DNA from: Pirellulimonas nuda
GTDB lineage: Bacteria; Planctomycetota; Planctomycetia; Pirellulales; Lacipirellulaceae
NCBI RefSeq assembly: GCF_007750855.1
Contig: NZ_CP036291.1
Coordinates: 5,180,905-5,244,904, forward strand
Length of the DNA: 64,000 nucleotides
Reading direction: 5' to 3'
In this document: positions 52,486-63,777 of the stretch, piece after piece
Position numbering within the stretch: position 1 is the first letter of the stretch
Layout: the number at the start of each line of letters is the position of its first letter
Program-made: the position numbers and the translations under genes
The notes under the pieces: generated by a model
The model's input: the letters and a program-made list of their open reading frames with translations, nothing else
Told to the model about the DNA's origin: nothing
Databases searched by the model: none

Positions 52486-53328
52486 CTACTTCTCGGCTTT
52501 TTCGTGCTTCGCCTTCAGCTTGCCCGACGCGTCGATCCCCATCAGGTGCCCCATCGCGGCGCCGGCGATCTTGGGGACGATCATGACCTGCGGGAAGAAC
52601 AGCCCGGCTTGACCGCCGATCTCCGAGCCGATCTGGGGGTAGAGCACCTCGCGGGCCTCGGTCTGTTCCTCGAGCGCGCCGTTACGGTCGACGTAGTCGA
52701 AGACCGCGATCTTGCTCTTGGTCTCGTGCTGCAGCCCCACCACCGGCAGGCTCTGGGCCGTGGCGTACAGGCCCGGGCGGTCGCGGCTGTGCACGTCTTC
52801 GGCGTAGGCCGCCTGCTCCATCCCCAGGGCGGGGATGTCCGAGTAGAGGTGGATGGTGTCGGTGTACGGGTTGTACCAGTCGCTGCCAAACAACCGACCG
52901 GGGACAAGCGTGTAGCCCAGCGTGTAAACGCCGCCAACGGTGTAGCGCCAGCCGGCGCCGACCTTCTCGTTCTCTCGCAGCCGGCGCCACTCGCCGAGCG
53001 GGTCGTACTGGTTCACGCGCACCTTGACGCCGGTAAGTTCCTTCTCGGCGAGGTAGTCGACCACTTTCTCCTGGGTGGCCTCCGAGACGTCGTGGTTCTC
53101 TGCGCGGCGGTCCCACAGCAGCAGCTTCGAAGGGATCCCCATCACCCAGCCCACGCCGTCGACGATGGGGCGCGGCTTGCCCCGCTCGACCTCGATGTAG
53201 TTGGTGGTCCCGACGTCGTCGATGACTTCGACGCCTTCGACGCCTTCGACGATTTCTTCAACCTCTTGGCCACAGAGCCCCGGCGCGTAAGCAAGCGCCA
53301 ACACCAAGCAAACGAACCAACGATGCAT
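52486..53328 (-). CDS. Hypothetical secreted or lipoprotein
   Basis: Internal start MHRWFVCLVLALAYAPGLCGQ (signal peptide). No recognised domain. Confidence 0.45.
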   Translation of the reverse strand: MHRWFVCLVLALAYAPGLCGQEVEEIVEGVEGVEVIDDVGTTNYIEVERGKPRPIVDGVGWVMGIPSKLLLWDRRAENHDVSEATQEKVVDYLAEKELTGVKVRVNQYDPLGEWRRLRENEKVGAGWRYTVGGVYTLGYTLVPGRLFGSDWYNPYTDTIHLYSDIPALGMEQAAYAEDVHSRDRPGLYATAQSLPVVGLQHETKSKIAVFDYVDRNGALEEQTEAREVLYPQIGSEIGGQAGLFFPQVMIVPKIAGAAMGHLMGIDASGKLKAKHEKAEK

Positions 53329-53582
53329 GACGATTCCTCCAGTGGGATCGACGGGCCATACCGGACCGCGGCAGCGCGGACCGATCGCCCGTGGGCCTGC
53401 CATCCCAGACCCTTCGTATCGGCGGGTATTAACGGCAGGCTTGACCTTGCCGCAAGCCCAAGGGGGCGCCCCGGGGGAGGTAGGCAATCTGAGCAAACCC
53501 CCGAAGGGCCCGCCTGCGGCGCCTCGCAGGTCCGTTGATGGCGCCGCCAGCGTGGGTCGCCCGCAAGTGAGGCCGGCGGGCG

Positions 53583-53945
53583 CTAGGCGCCCGCTTCCTT
53601 CTGCTCGACGTGGGCCTTCAGGCGGCCTAGGGCGTCGTCCCATTGGCGGCCGATGTCGGCGAGCGCGTCGCGCGCCTCGTCGAGGGGCTTGGGCTCGAGA
53701 TGGAACAGGGTCTCGCGCCCCCGGCGAGCGCTACGCACCAGCCCAGCCGACTGCAGCACGCGCAGATGTTTGGCCGTGGCCTGCCGAGTGACAGCGGTGG
53801 CCTCGGTGAGCTGTGAGATGGACAGCGGGGCGTCTTCGCCGAGCCGCACGAGCAGCGTCAGCCGCGTTGGGTCTCCCAACGCGGCGAACAGCGGCGCGTT
53901 GCGACGCAGCCGCCGCGAGGCGGCGCTACGGGTTGCTGTGGACAT
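53583..53945 (-). CDS. ArsR/SmtB-family transcriptional regulator
   Basis: wHTH with LGDPTRLTLLVRL and SISQLTEATAVTRQATAKHLRVLQSAGLV. Confidence 0.8.
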   Translation of the reverse strand: MSTATRSAASRRLRRNAPLFAALGDPTRLTLLVRLGEDAPLSISQLTEATAVTRQATAKHLRVLQSAGLVRSARRGRETLFHLEPKPLDEARDALADIGRQWDDALGRLKAHVEQKEAGA

Positions 53946-54390
53946 GCCGCTCGATGTTGTTCATCTGCGCGGCCCAGCCGCCGTCGTTCATGCGGAACGC
54001 CTCGTCACGCCGGTGGGCGGGGATGCCGTCGAAGCCCGACTCGGTGACGCGGAGAAGCGTCCCCGTTTCGTTCGGCGTCAGGGTGAACTCGACCAGCGTG
54101 CGAGGTTCGGCGGCATAGTCGACCTCAGGGTCGATCGCGTAGGGCCGCCAGCGGAATGAGAACGTGTGCTCGGGGGTCATCTGTTCCACGATGGCCTCGA
54201 ACACCACGTGCTCGTACCCCGGGTAGGTGATTTGCCCGCGTACGGTTTGGCCGGTCACGAAAGGGGACTCCAAATTTGCGCGGAACCACTCGCCGAACTC
54301 GCGGTGATCGGTCAACGCCCGCCACACACGGGAGACCGGTGCGGCGATCTCGATCTGTTTTTCGATACGGTCTGGGGTCGATCCACTCAT
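53926..54390 (-). CDS. SRPBCC-family (AHSA1/activator of Hsp90 ATPase-like) protein
   Basis: IEKQIEIAAPVSRVWRALTDHREFGEWF marks an SRPBCC fold. Overlaps the arsR start, which is the classic ArsR-SRPBCC operon arrangement. Confidence 0.7.
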   Translation of the reverse strand: MSGSTPDRIEKQIEIAAPVSRVWRALTDHREFGEWFRANLESPFVTGQTVRGQITYPGYEHVVFEAIVEQMTPEHTFSFRWRPYAIDPEVDYAAEPRTLVEFTLTPNETGTLLRVTESGFDGIPAHRRDEAFRMNDGGWAAQMNNIERHVHSNP

Positions 54391-54526
54391 TGCTGGACTC
54401 CTGAGGCGGGCAGAATTTATGCAACCATTTGGTTGCATAATAACCGGGGCGACAGGCCGGTCAAGATCCAGCAAGAAAAGTCGGCCCCGGGGCGATAGTC
54501 TGCGCCTGCGAGCGAGACCCCACGGT

Positions 54527-54904
54527 CTAGTTCAGCGACACCTCGTACGTCCCGGCCTGCTTGATCTCCAGCCGGCGGTCGAGCGCGCCAGTTCGATAGG
54601 CTTCGGGGATCGCCTTCAGGTCGGCCGGCTGTTTGCCTCGGTCGACGTAATACGTGTAGGTGCCGGGCACGACGCTCGCGACCAGTTGGCCGTTCACCAC
54701 GTCGCCGACCGCTTGCCCCCCGCCGACCAGCGGTTGGAGCGTCATCGCCACGTTTTTCACCGGTTGCCCCTTCGCGGTCACTTTGATTGTTACTTGTACC
54801 GGGTCCGAAGTGGGGGTAATCGCCGCGCCACACCCCGAAGTAACTATCATCGTCAGCGCCGCCGCCGCACAGTGGAGCGGGCTAGCAACAATGACTTTCT
54901 GCAT
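54527..54904 (-). CDS. Carboxypeptidase-regulatory-like domain lipoprotein
   Basis: Lipobox MIVTSGCGA. Small beta-sandwich protein. Typical planctomycete partner encoded downstream of DUF1559 genes. Confidence 0.55.
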   Translation of the reverse strand: MQKVIVASPLHCAAAALTMIVTSGCGAAITPTSDPVQVTIKVTAKGQPVKNVAMTLQPLVGGGQAVGDVVNGQLVASVVPGTYTYYVDRGKQPADLKAIPEAYRTGALDRRLEIKQAGTYEVSLN

Positions 54905-55002
54905 CTTTCTATCCTATGGAGTACCAAGACATCGCTGCGGCTCGTGGCAGGTGACGGCCGCAGCGATGATTCCTTGAGATGTTAAAGATCGCTAGTTTGC
55001 GT

Positions 55003-56133
55003 CTAGATCTCTTCGCTGATGACCACGCCGTCTTGCGAGCCGGCCATTGCCTTCAGAGGCGCCCAGTTGATCGCCTCTTGCAGAAACCGCACCGAGCCAT
55101 CGGTCATCACGCAGTTCACACCGCCGGCGTGGAAGCTGAACGGCTCGTCGTTCGGACCGCAGTTGTTCTGCTGCCACTTGCAGGCTTCGGGTCCGCCGAA
55201 GGGCGAAGCGTTCTGATTGACGGCCAGCAGCCGCGAACCGAGCGAGTTGCTGGGGCCCGACAGACCGTTCGTGCCCGAATCGGGATCGGCCCACGCGTAC
55301 ATCCGCCGGCCGCCGCTCGCACCGCCCGTCCACTGCACCGTATTGTCGGACATCGCGGCAGGACGGGTCGACAGCGTGGCGAACTCGCCGGCATCGGGGT
55401 GCGAACGGCCCGCGTCTTCAATGCATAGGATCGTGTGCGACGTGCCATCGGTGATGTTCTTGAAGCCCCAGTTGCTCTTGCACGCCAGCGCTCCCTGACG
55501 GGTCATTGCGAGTCGTCGCGCCGAGTCGGTGGGGCGAGTTCCGGCGGCGGCGCCTTCCTCTTCCACGTCGGTTACCGAGATGAACATGTAGTCCCACACG
55601 CCAAACCCATCGGGCGCGCGCTGCTCGGGACTTACCGGCGTCGTGGGGCAAACAAACGACGGGATCTGCGTCTTCGCGGCCTGCACGGTGTTGGGGTACT
55701 TCGGATCGTGATAAACGGCGCCGCGCGAGTCTGGATGCGTAACGCTCATGTTGTAACTCGCCGCCGACATCGTCGCGGCGGTAAGGGTGTTGTCCATCAG
55801 GTCGTAGACCTGCTGCTCTTCGATGTAGGGAAGCAGCAGGGTGGGCGTCGACTGCGTCATGTACACCGTGCTCGCCCCTCCCGTGCTGTCGCACTGGCCC
55901 GGATGCGGCAGCTTGTTGGTCGCGCTGGCGTAGTTCTGCGCCGCGAGACCAAGCTGCTTCATGTTGTTTGTACACTGCGATCGCCGCGCCGCTTCGCGGG
56001 CGGCCTGCACGGCCGGGAGCAGCAGCGCCACCAAGATCCCGATGATCGCGATCACTACCAGCAGCTCGACTAGCGTGAAGCCCGCGGAATCTTTCCGCGA
56101 TCGACTCGGCCCACGCTCCCTTTGCATGTTCAT
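55003..56133 (-). CDS. DUF1559 domain protein with N-terminal prepilin-type cleavage/methylation motif (type II pseudopilin-like)
   Basis: GFTLVELLVVIAIIGILVALLLPAVQAAREAARRSQC is the hallmark DUF1559 / H-X9-DG N-terminus. Confidence 0.85.
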   Translation of the reverse strand: MNMQRERGPSRSRKDSAGFTLVELLVVIAIIGILVALLLPAVQAAREAARRSQCTNNMKQLGLAAQNYASATNKLPHPGQCDSTGGASTVYMTQSTPTLLLPYIEEQQVYDLMDNTLTAATMSAASYNMSVTHPDSRGAVYHDPKYPNTVQAAKTQIPSFVCPTTPVSPEQRAPDGFGVWDYMFISVTDVEEEGAAAGTRPTDSARRLAMTRQGALACKSNWGFKNITDGTSHTILCIEDAGRSHPDAGEFATLSTRPAAMSDNTVQWTGGASGGRRMYAWADPDSGTNGLSGPSNSLGSRLLAVNQNASPFGGPEACKWQQNNCGPNDEPFSFHAGGVNCVMTDGSVRFLQEAINWAPLKAMAGSQDGVVISEEI

Positions 56134-56383
56134 GTTTTTTCCCTTGCGGCCCCCGGCTTCTGCCGGCGGCGGGTTGCCAGCAATCGAACCACTCGATCGC
56201 TCATGCGGGAAATGCTAGCGACGGTCGATGAAGAAAATGTGAAGAAGGGTGCGGCGGGGCGCAGGAAGTCAAGAGGCCTGCTCTTTGGGCCCGGAATGGG
56301 CCCAGCCGGGTTCTCCGTCGATCGGAAACCCCTGCCCTCCGCTCGGGGCGCGGGCGGGGGAAAGCCGAATCGCTAAGGGAAAA

Positions 56384-56791
56384 TCAGCGTGAAAGACGCT
56401 CCTCTTGTTCACGCAGCTCGGGCGTAAACGCCTCGCCAAAGTCTTCCGGCTCGAACACCGGGCGGATCTCGATCTCCGAGTCTTCGAGCATCGGGTTCGG
56501 GCAACGCTTGACCCACGCGATCGCGTCGTCCATCGAGTCAACCTTCCACATCCAGAAGCCGGCGACCAGTTCCTTGGTCTCGGCGAACGGGCCGTCAACG
56601 ACCGTGCGGCCCGCGCCGGAGAAGCGGACGCGGACCCCCTTGCTGCTGGGGTGCAGCCCCTCGCCCGCGAGCATCACCCCCGCGTCGACCAGTTGCTGGT
56701 TGAACGCGCCCATCTCGGCCAACAGCGTCTCAGAGGGCATCACGCCCGCCTCGGAGCTGGGGGAGGCTTTTACCATGACCATAACCTTCAT
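56384..56791 (-). CDS. YciI-like (DGPF domain) protein
   Basis: VVDGPFAETKELVAGFWMWKVDSMDDAIAWVKRCP. Confidence 0.7.
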   Translation of the reverse strand: MKVMVMVKASPSSEAGVMPSETLLAEMGAFNQQLVDAGVMLAGEGLHPSSKGVRVRFSGAGRTVVDGPFAETKELVAGFWMWKVDSMDDAIAWVKRCPNPMLEDSEIEIRPVFEPEDFGEAFTPELREQEERLSR

Positions 56792-56794
56792 CGC

Positions 56795-57181
56795 TCACGC
56801 TCCTTGGGACTGCGTTTGTGGGGCGGCGAGCTCCGGCAGGTTGGGGAGCTCAAAGATGGGGCGGACCTCGACCGTACCCTTGGTGGCCGGCGGCAGGCGC
56901 GCGGCAATGGCGATCGCTTCGTCGAGGTTCGCGACATCGATGATGTAATAGCCGCCGAGCTGCTCGGTGGTCTCCGCGAACGGCCCGTCGGTCACCATCC
57001 GCTTGCCGCTGCGGACGCGGACGCTGGTGGCCGTTGCTACCGGGTGGAGAGGCGAAGAAGCGATCCACTGGCCACGGGCGGCCAGCTCGTGACAGATGGC
57101 GGTCGACTCCTCCATGCAGGCGGAGCGCTCTTCGGGGGTGTAGCAGTCTTCGGAGCTGTAGATTAGCAGCATGTACTTCAT
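56795..57181 (-). CDS. YciI-like (DGPF domain) protein, paralog 2
   Basis: MKYMLLIYSSED...MVTDGPFAETTEQLGGYYIIDVANLDEAIAIAARLP. Start at the internal ATG 57181. Confidence 0.7.
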   Translation of the reverse strand: MKYMLLIYSSEDCYTPEERSACMEESTAICHELAARGQWIASSPLHPVATATSVRVRSGKRMVTDGPFAETTEQLGGYYIIDVANLDEAIAIAARLPPATKGTVEVRPIFELPNLPELAAPQTQSQGA

Positions 57182-57225
57182 GGGAAGATTCCTTGTTGCG
57201 CTGAGTGGGAATGTCCAGGGGAGGC

Positions 57226-57954
57226 CTACCCGTAGGTCGGCCGCTGGGGCCAGCCGGACGGGGAGTCCTCGAAGTCTTCCTGCCGGCCGTAGGGGGTGAT
57301 GTCGAGCAGTCGGTACGCGTCGGTGAGGCTTTCCACGCCGCGGGCGTACGCCGAGTAGGTATGGTAGACGTTGTCGTCGAGCCGGAAGAAGACGCTGATG
57401 CCGTGGGTCTCGCCCTTCTGGAAATAGGGCTCGGCGTCTTTGCGCGACTCCATCTCGTCTGGCTCGCGGTAGTTGTGCCGCAGCGGCACGACGGCCGGGT
57501 CGAGCGTGACGTGAAAGTCGTAGTTGAAGTCGCCGCCAAACGAGGAGTACCACGGCAAGTTCCAGCCGCGTTCTGCCTTGTACTTCTCGAGCTTGGCGAG
57601 CGGGGCCCGCGAGATGAGCACGTAGGTGGTGTTGCGGTCGGCCAGCATCGAGAGGTCGCCCAACGCGTCCACCATGCCCGTGCAGCCCGAGCACCCCTGC
57701 TCCCAATCGGGGTCGAACATGAAGTGGTAGACGATCAACTGCCGGCGGCCCTCGAACAGGTCGAGCATCGGCACACGCCCCGCCGGGCCGTCGAACTCGT
57801 ACGCCTTCTCTAGCTTGACCATGGGCAACCGCCGCCGCGCGGCGTTGACGCGGTCGTACTGGGCGGTCAGCTCCTTCTCCTGAGCCAGCAGCCCCTTGCG
57901 TTGGGCCAGCCAGGCCTCTCTCGATTCGACCGGTGGATGGGGCACAGTGTTCAT
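57226..57954 (-). CDS. DUF899 thioredoxin-like protein
   Basis: MNTVPHPP...[17 protein letters not shown] carries a CxxC motif. Start at the internal ATG 57954. Confidence 0.7.
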   Translation of the reverse strand: MNTVPHPPVESREAWLAQRKGLLAQEKELTAQYDRVNAARRRLPMVKLEKAYEFDGPAGRVPMLDLFEGRRQLIVYHFMFDPDWEQGCSGCTGMVDALGDLSMLADRNTTYVLISRAPLAKLEKYKAERGWNLPWYSSFGGDFNYDFHVTLDPAVVPLRHNYREPDEMESRKDAEPYFQKGETHGISVFFRLDDNVYHTYSAYARGVESLTDAYRLLDITPYGRQEDFEDSPSGWPQRPTYG

Positions 57955-57983
57955 GGAAGACCTCTCCACAATGGACGGGGGAA

Positions 57984-58268
57984 TCAGGCTCTTGGAGCTC
58001 GCCGCGCAGTCAATCGCAGCAAACCCCGCGCCGCCGCGTAGGACAGCAGCGCTGCGCACATCAACACGAGACCTGCGTGCAGGCAGCCGGCGACCGTCGC
58101 CGACAGCCCCACGCCGGTCGCCAGCGCTACGTACGCGGCAAGGCACAGCGGGCACTTGGGGGTCGCGGCTAGCAGTACGCTCGGCACGACCCAAACGGCG
58201 GCTTCGGCGACGGGGCGGCGCCGACGGCCAGCCGGCCGACTGGTGCGACAACAACACGGCTTGCTCAT
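57984..58268 (-). CDS. Hypothetical small Cys-containing membrane protein
   Basis: 94-aa ORF with TM helices and a CPLC motif. Fits exactly between the DUF899 start and the VOC stop. Confidence 0.35.
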   Translation of the reverse strand: MSKPCCCRTSRPAGRRRRPVAEAAVWVVPSVLLAATPKCPLCLAAYVALATGVGLSATVAGCLHAGLVLMCAALLSYAAARGLLRLTARRAPRA

Positions 58269-58298
58269 TGCGGAGGCTCCTGGGGGGGACGCGCCGGT

Positions 58299-58781
58299 CT
58301 AGGGGCCGTCGTACGCCTGCTGAAGCGCGGCGATGTCAAGCTTCTGCATCGACATCATCGCCTGCATCGCCCGGCCGCTCTTGGCGGGGTCGGGGTCGGC
58401 CAGCATCTCCGGAAGCACGGCCGGCACCACCTGCCACGACACGCCGTACTTGTCGGTCAGCCAGCCGCACATGCTCGGCTCGCCGCCGTCGGCGGTCAGG
58501 CGATCCCAGAAGTAGTCAACCTCCTCCTGCGTCTTGCAATCGATCGAGAACGAGACCGCCATCGTAAACTCGCAAGGGGGCCCTCCGTTGATGATCAGCA
58601 TCTGCTGGCCGTCGAGCTCGAACGCGGACACCAGCACCGTCCCTTTGGGCCAGGGCCCGGCATCGCCGCAGCGGCTGACGCGGTGCACCTTCGAGTTTTT
58701 AAAGGTGGCGACATAGAAGTTGGTCGCCTCTTCTGCCTTGCCGTCGATGATTAGGCAGGGGGTGATCCTTGGGATACTCAT
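58299..58781 (-). CDS. VOC-family (glyoxalase/PhnB-like) protein
   Basis: [18 protein letters not shown]...[10 protein letters not shown] is characteristic of PhnB/3-demethylubiquinone methyltransferase-like VOC proteins. Confidence 0.7.
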   Translation of the reverse strand: MSIPRITPCLIIDGKAEEATNFYVATFKNSKVHRVSRCGDAGPWPKGTVLVSAFELDGQQMLIINGGPPCEFTMAVSFSIDCKTQEEVDYFWDRLTADGGEPSMCGWLTDKYGVSWQVVPAVLPEMLADPDPAKSGRAMQAMMSMQKLDIAALQQAYDGP

Positions 58782-58802
58782 CGCACGACTCCGGGTAGAG
58801 GA

Positions 58803-59279
58803 TCACTTGATCCGGCGGTGATGGCCTTCCATGAACCGATTCCACTGGCCATCGTCGCCGCGCATCTGCGACCACAAGAGCCAGTGGTCGTCGCCGACGA
58901 ACTCGACCACGTCCTGGTAGGTCGCGACACAGACGCCGTCGAAGCCCGGCCCCTGGGTGTCCAGCACCAGCTTGGCGCCCGAGGCGTCGACCGCGCCCGA
59001 GTAGACGAACATGTGGGTCATCATCGAACCGACAAACGTGCCCACGTACTTGCCGACGACCGGGTCGTAGCCAAGGGTCATCTGCGTCGACCAGGCGCCC
59101 GACTCGGGGTCTTCCCCGGCGCCGTCGGCGATCAGCCACAGCCCGCCGAGCGACCGGCAGGTGAGGCGGCCTTCGGACCGGTGGCTCGACCCGTCCGGCA
59201 TCTGGCACGAAGCGGACGTGGTCCACTCACCGACCAAGCGGTCGAGCCAAGCGTGTTCTTGTTGGGGCTTTGCGAACAT
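58803..59279 (-). CDS. DUF1579 domain protein
   Basis: LDRLVGEWTTSASCQMPDGS...LGGLWLIADG pattern. Confidence 0.65.
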   Translation of the reverse strand: MFAKPQQEHAWLDRLVGEWTTSASCQMPDGSSHRSEGRLTCRSLGGLWLIADGAGEDPESGAWSTQMTLGYDPVVGKYVGTFVGSMMTHMFVYSGAVDASGAKLVLDTQGPGFDGVCVATYQDVVEFVGDDHWLLWSQMRGDDGQWNRFMEGHHRRIK

Positions 59280-59409
59280 GAGAATCCTTTTTCAAGATGA
59301 TGTGTTGAGCCGAAAGCGTCGGCGCCCGGAGGCGCCTCCGCGTCCAACCTCCGGTCGCCGACGCTTCCGGCTCACGTCGCGATCGGGGGACCAAGTTCTT
59401 CGCAACAAT

Positions 59410-59835
59410 CTAGCAGCCGGCCTCGCCCTGGGTGATCACCATCCACGACACGCCGAAGCGGTCGGCGACCATGCCGAACATGGGGGAGTAGAAGGTCGGC
59501 GTCAGCGGCATCTGCACCTCCCCACCTTCGGCCAACGCGCCGAACAACCGCTGGGCCGTCGCTACGTCGGGCACGGCGAGCGAGAGCGACACGCCCCGGA
59601 AATTGGGCTGGCCCGAGGCCATGCCGTCGGAGGCCATGATCTGCGAATCGCCGATCTTGAAGCTGGCGTGCATCACCATCTCCGGGTCGATGTTGCCGCC
59701 GTCCGGGCACATCTGCGGGTCGGGGTTCTCCTTGTAGCGCATCAGCATCTCGACCTCGGCGCCCAGGGCCGTGCGGTAAAACTCGATCGCTTCTTCGCAG
59801 CAGCCTTCGAAGAACAAGTAGGGTTGAACGATCAT
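59410..59835 (-). CDS. VOC-family (PhnB-like) protein, paralog
   Basis: MIVQPYLFFEGCCEEAIEFYRTALGA...DRFGVSWMV. Confidence 0.7.
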   Translation of the reverse strand: MIVQPYLFFEGCCEEAIEFYRTALGAEVEMLMRYKENPDPQMCPDGGNIDPEMVMHASFKIGDSQIMASDGMASGQPNFRGVSLSLAVPDVATAQRLFGALAEGGEVQMPLTPTFYSPMFGMVADRFGVSWMVITQGEAGC

Positions 59836-59955
59836 CAGAATCTCCTTGAAAGGTGTCTGGCCCGCCGCGGCGGGCCGGCAAGTAGGTTTGCGAAAACGTA
59901 GGCCGAAACAAGTCCGCCGCAGGCGGGCGCGGTTCCGGCCTACGGCTCCTCCGGT

Positions 59956-60348
59956 CTACGTTTTTTTCAGTGCGGCATCGCGTGCGGCGATCAGCGCGTT
60001 GATGGCTTCGTCGGCCGGGCGGATCTCGAACGGTCCGAACCGCACGCCCGGGTGTTTGGACATCAAGGCGATGGCGTGGTTCAGGTCGTTGGCCTCGAGG
60101 ATCAAGATGCCGCCGAGCTGCTCCTTGGTCTCCGCGTAGGGGCCGTCGGTCACCGCGACCCGGTCGCCCGCCATCCGCAGCGTGACCCCCTGGTCGGCGC
60201 CCTGCAGGGCCTCCCCACCGGCGAAGTGCCCGCCGCGACGCAGCTCGTCGTCGTAGTCAAAGCACTCCTGCATCGCGGCGTTCATTTCTTCTGGCGAGAG
60301 CGATTCGAAAACAGACGGGTCTGCGTACCCCAGGCAGATGAACTTCAT
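59956..60348 (-). CDS. YciI-like (DGPF domain) protein, paralog 3
   Basis: [10 protein letters not shown]...[32 protein letters not shown]. Start at the internal ATG 60348. Confidence 0.7.
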   Translation of the reverse strand: MKFICLGYADPSVFESLSPEEMNAAMQECFDYDDELRRGGHFAGGEALQGADQGVTLRMAGDRVAVTDGPYAETKEQLGGILILEANDLNHAIALMSKHPGVRFGPFEIRPADEAINALIAARDAALKKT

Positions 60349-60531
60349 CGCTATTTCCCTTGGTTTGGCGGGCGCACTGTCGATGCCTTCACCCACTAGT
60401 CGATTGGCCAGCCGCCAGATCGACACCCGATTGAAAAGTTTCTCAGAATTCTGGCCGGTGGGCCCCTGCCGGGCGAGCGGGAGCGAAAAGCCAGCGGTTT
60501 TGGTGCGGCTGGCGCGGTCCGCGGCGGCGGA

Positions 60532-61800
60532 TCACTGCAGCTCTTCGATGCGCTTTTCTAGGAACCGGCGTTCGGGCGCCTGCTTGGCCAGCCCCAGCGC
60601 CCGCCGGTACGCCTCGCGTGCTTCGGCGGTGCGGCCGAGCCGGCGGCAAAAGTCGGCACGCGCCGCGTGGGCCAGGTGGAAGTCGGCCAGCTCCCCACGG
60701 GCGACGATCGCGTCGACCAGCGCCAGCCCCGCCTCGGGGCCGTCGCGCATCGCCACCGCAACGGCGCGATTGAGCTCGACGATCGGAGAAGGCTCCGCGT
60801 CCAGCAGCACGTCGTACAGCGCCGCGATCTGCGCCCAATCGGTCTGAGCGGCCGTGGGGGCGCCGGCGTGCACCGCGGCGATCGCTGCCTGCAGCGTGTA
60901 GACGCCGAACCGGCGCGAAGCAAGCGACCGCCGGACCAGCCCGGCCCCCTCGTCGATCTGCGGGCGTTTCCACAGCGTGCGGTCTTGGTCTTCCAGCAAG
61001 ATGAGGTCCCCCCCGGGGGTGGCTCGGGCGTCGCGGCGGGCGTCGTGCAGCAGCATCAGCGCTAGCAGCCCCTCGACCTCGGGGTCGGGCAGCAACGCGG
61101 CCAGCAGCCGACAAAGGCGGATCGCCTCGCCGGAGAGCTCTTGACGGATCGCCGCGTCCCCCCCCGAGGCCGAGTAGCCCTCGTTGAAGACCAGGTAGAT
61201 GACCGCCAGAACCGAGTCGAGCCGTTCGGGCGCCTCGTCGAGCGACGGCACCTCGTACGGGATCCGCGTGTCGCGGATCTTTGCCTTGCCGCGGACGATG
61301 CGCTGGGCGATGGTCGGCGGCGGCACGAGGAAGGCGGCCGCCACCTCTTCGGTCGTCAGGCCGCACACCTCGCGCAGCGTCAGGGCGATCTGCGTCTGGG
61401 GCGCAAGCGCCGGGTGACAACACGTGAAGATCAACCGCAACTGGTCGTCGGGCAGCGCCGGGTCGTCCGGTGGGGGCTCGCTCAGCGTGGCGGTCGGGCG
61501 TTGTTCCGCGATCGCGGCGACCGACTTATCGAACCGCGCGCGGCGGCGCACGGCGTCGATCGACTTGAAGCGGCCGGTCGACACCAGCCACGCCCGCGGG
61601 TTGGCCGGCACGCCGTCGGTGGGCCAGCGCTCGACCGCGGCGGCGAACGCCTCGTGCAGCGCCTCTTCCGCTTGGTCGAAGCCCCCCAGCAGCCGCACCA
61701 GCGACGCGAACACCCGCCGCGATTCGTCGCGATAGAGCGCGTCGATCTTCTCGCGGATCGCGGCCTGCTGGCGGCTCGCGGCGTCGGGTTGCTGGATCAT
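60532..61800 (-). CDS. ECF-type sigma-70 factor with long C-terminal TPR-like extension (SigJ-like)
   Basis: Sigma region 2 (DESRRVFASLVRLLGGFDQAEEALHEAF) and region 4, then a ~250-aa C-terminal extension. This sigma class characteristically sits next to YciI (DGPF) genes. Confidence 0.75.
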   Translation of the reverse strand: MIQQPDAASRQQAAIREKIDALYRDESRRVFASLVRLLGGFDQAEEALHEAFAAAVERWPTDGVPANPRAWLVSTGRFKSIDAVRRRARFDKSVAAIAEQRPTATLSEPPPDDPALPDDQLRLIFTCCHPALAPQTQIALTLREVCGLTTEEVAAAFLVPPPTIAQRIVRGKAKIRDTRIPYEVPSLDEAPERLDSVLAVIYLVFNEGYSASGGDAAIRQELSGEAIRLCRLLAALLPDPEVEGLLALMLLHDARRDARATPGGDLILLEDQDRTLWKRPQIDEGAGLVRRSLASRRFGVYTLQAAIAAVHAGAPTAAQTDWAQIAALYDVLLDAEPSPIVELNRAVAVAMRDGPEAGLALVDAIVARGELADFHLAHAARADFCRRLGRTAEAREAYRRALGLAKQAPERRFLEKRIEELQ

Positions 61801-61849
61801 GGGCGGCGGCCTGCGGGGGTGAGCCGCCGCCCATTATCGCACAAGCGGC

Positions 61850-63271
<1,422 letters not shown>

Positions 63272-63379
63272 GGCTCCCTCCTTGGATCAAAGCGCGTCGT
63301 AGTGTGGCTATCGGACGCCAACCGCCCCAGGGCCGTGCTTCACCAGAACCGCCGTTAAAACCGGTACAACCCGTCAGGC

Positions 63380-63426
63380 AAAAAAATGCGGCCGGAGGGG
63401 GGCAAGGCGGGCCCCTCCGGCCGCGG
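63380..63426 (-). terminator. Rho-independent terminator (minus strand) following the small-peptide gene
   Basis: On the minus strand: CCGGAGGGGCCCGCCTTGCCCCCCTCCGG hairpin followed by CCGCATTTTTTTG. Confidence 0.6.
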
Positions 63427-63435
63427 AACAGACTA

Positions 63436-63573
63436 CCTAGCGTGATGCACGTGGATCGTTGACGGAGACTGGTTGTGGATGAACGCCTGCCGGCCAAAGT
63501 GAGATGACGCCTGGGCGGCGCCCGCGGCAGAAACCGCCGCCAGAACAAGCAGTGCAAGCAACCAACGCTTCAT
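63436..63573 (-). CDS. Small secreted His-rich peptide (46 aa: MKRWLLALLVLAAVSAAGAAQA | SSHFGRQAFIHNQSPSTIHVHHAR)
   Basis: Hand-translated ORF below the 60-aa cutoff of the track. Clear Sec signal peptide with AQA cleavage site, and its own downstream terminator. Confidence 0.35.
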
Positions 63574-63777
63574 GGCGAAACCCTCACATCAAGGGAAACG
63601 CGGATCGAGGCGCCCCAACGCGAGACGCCAAACACACGGTCCGCCTACCACTATTATCGCGTATGAGCGGCGCATCGTTCGCCGCGGAATCGTTACGATT
63701 CCGTAGGCGGCGAAGTGGAGAGGAGGCCCCACAGCAACCGCAATAATCGGTCAATGCAGTCGCCCACCTCCACCAAC

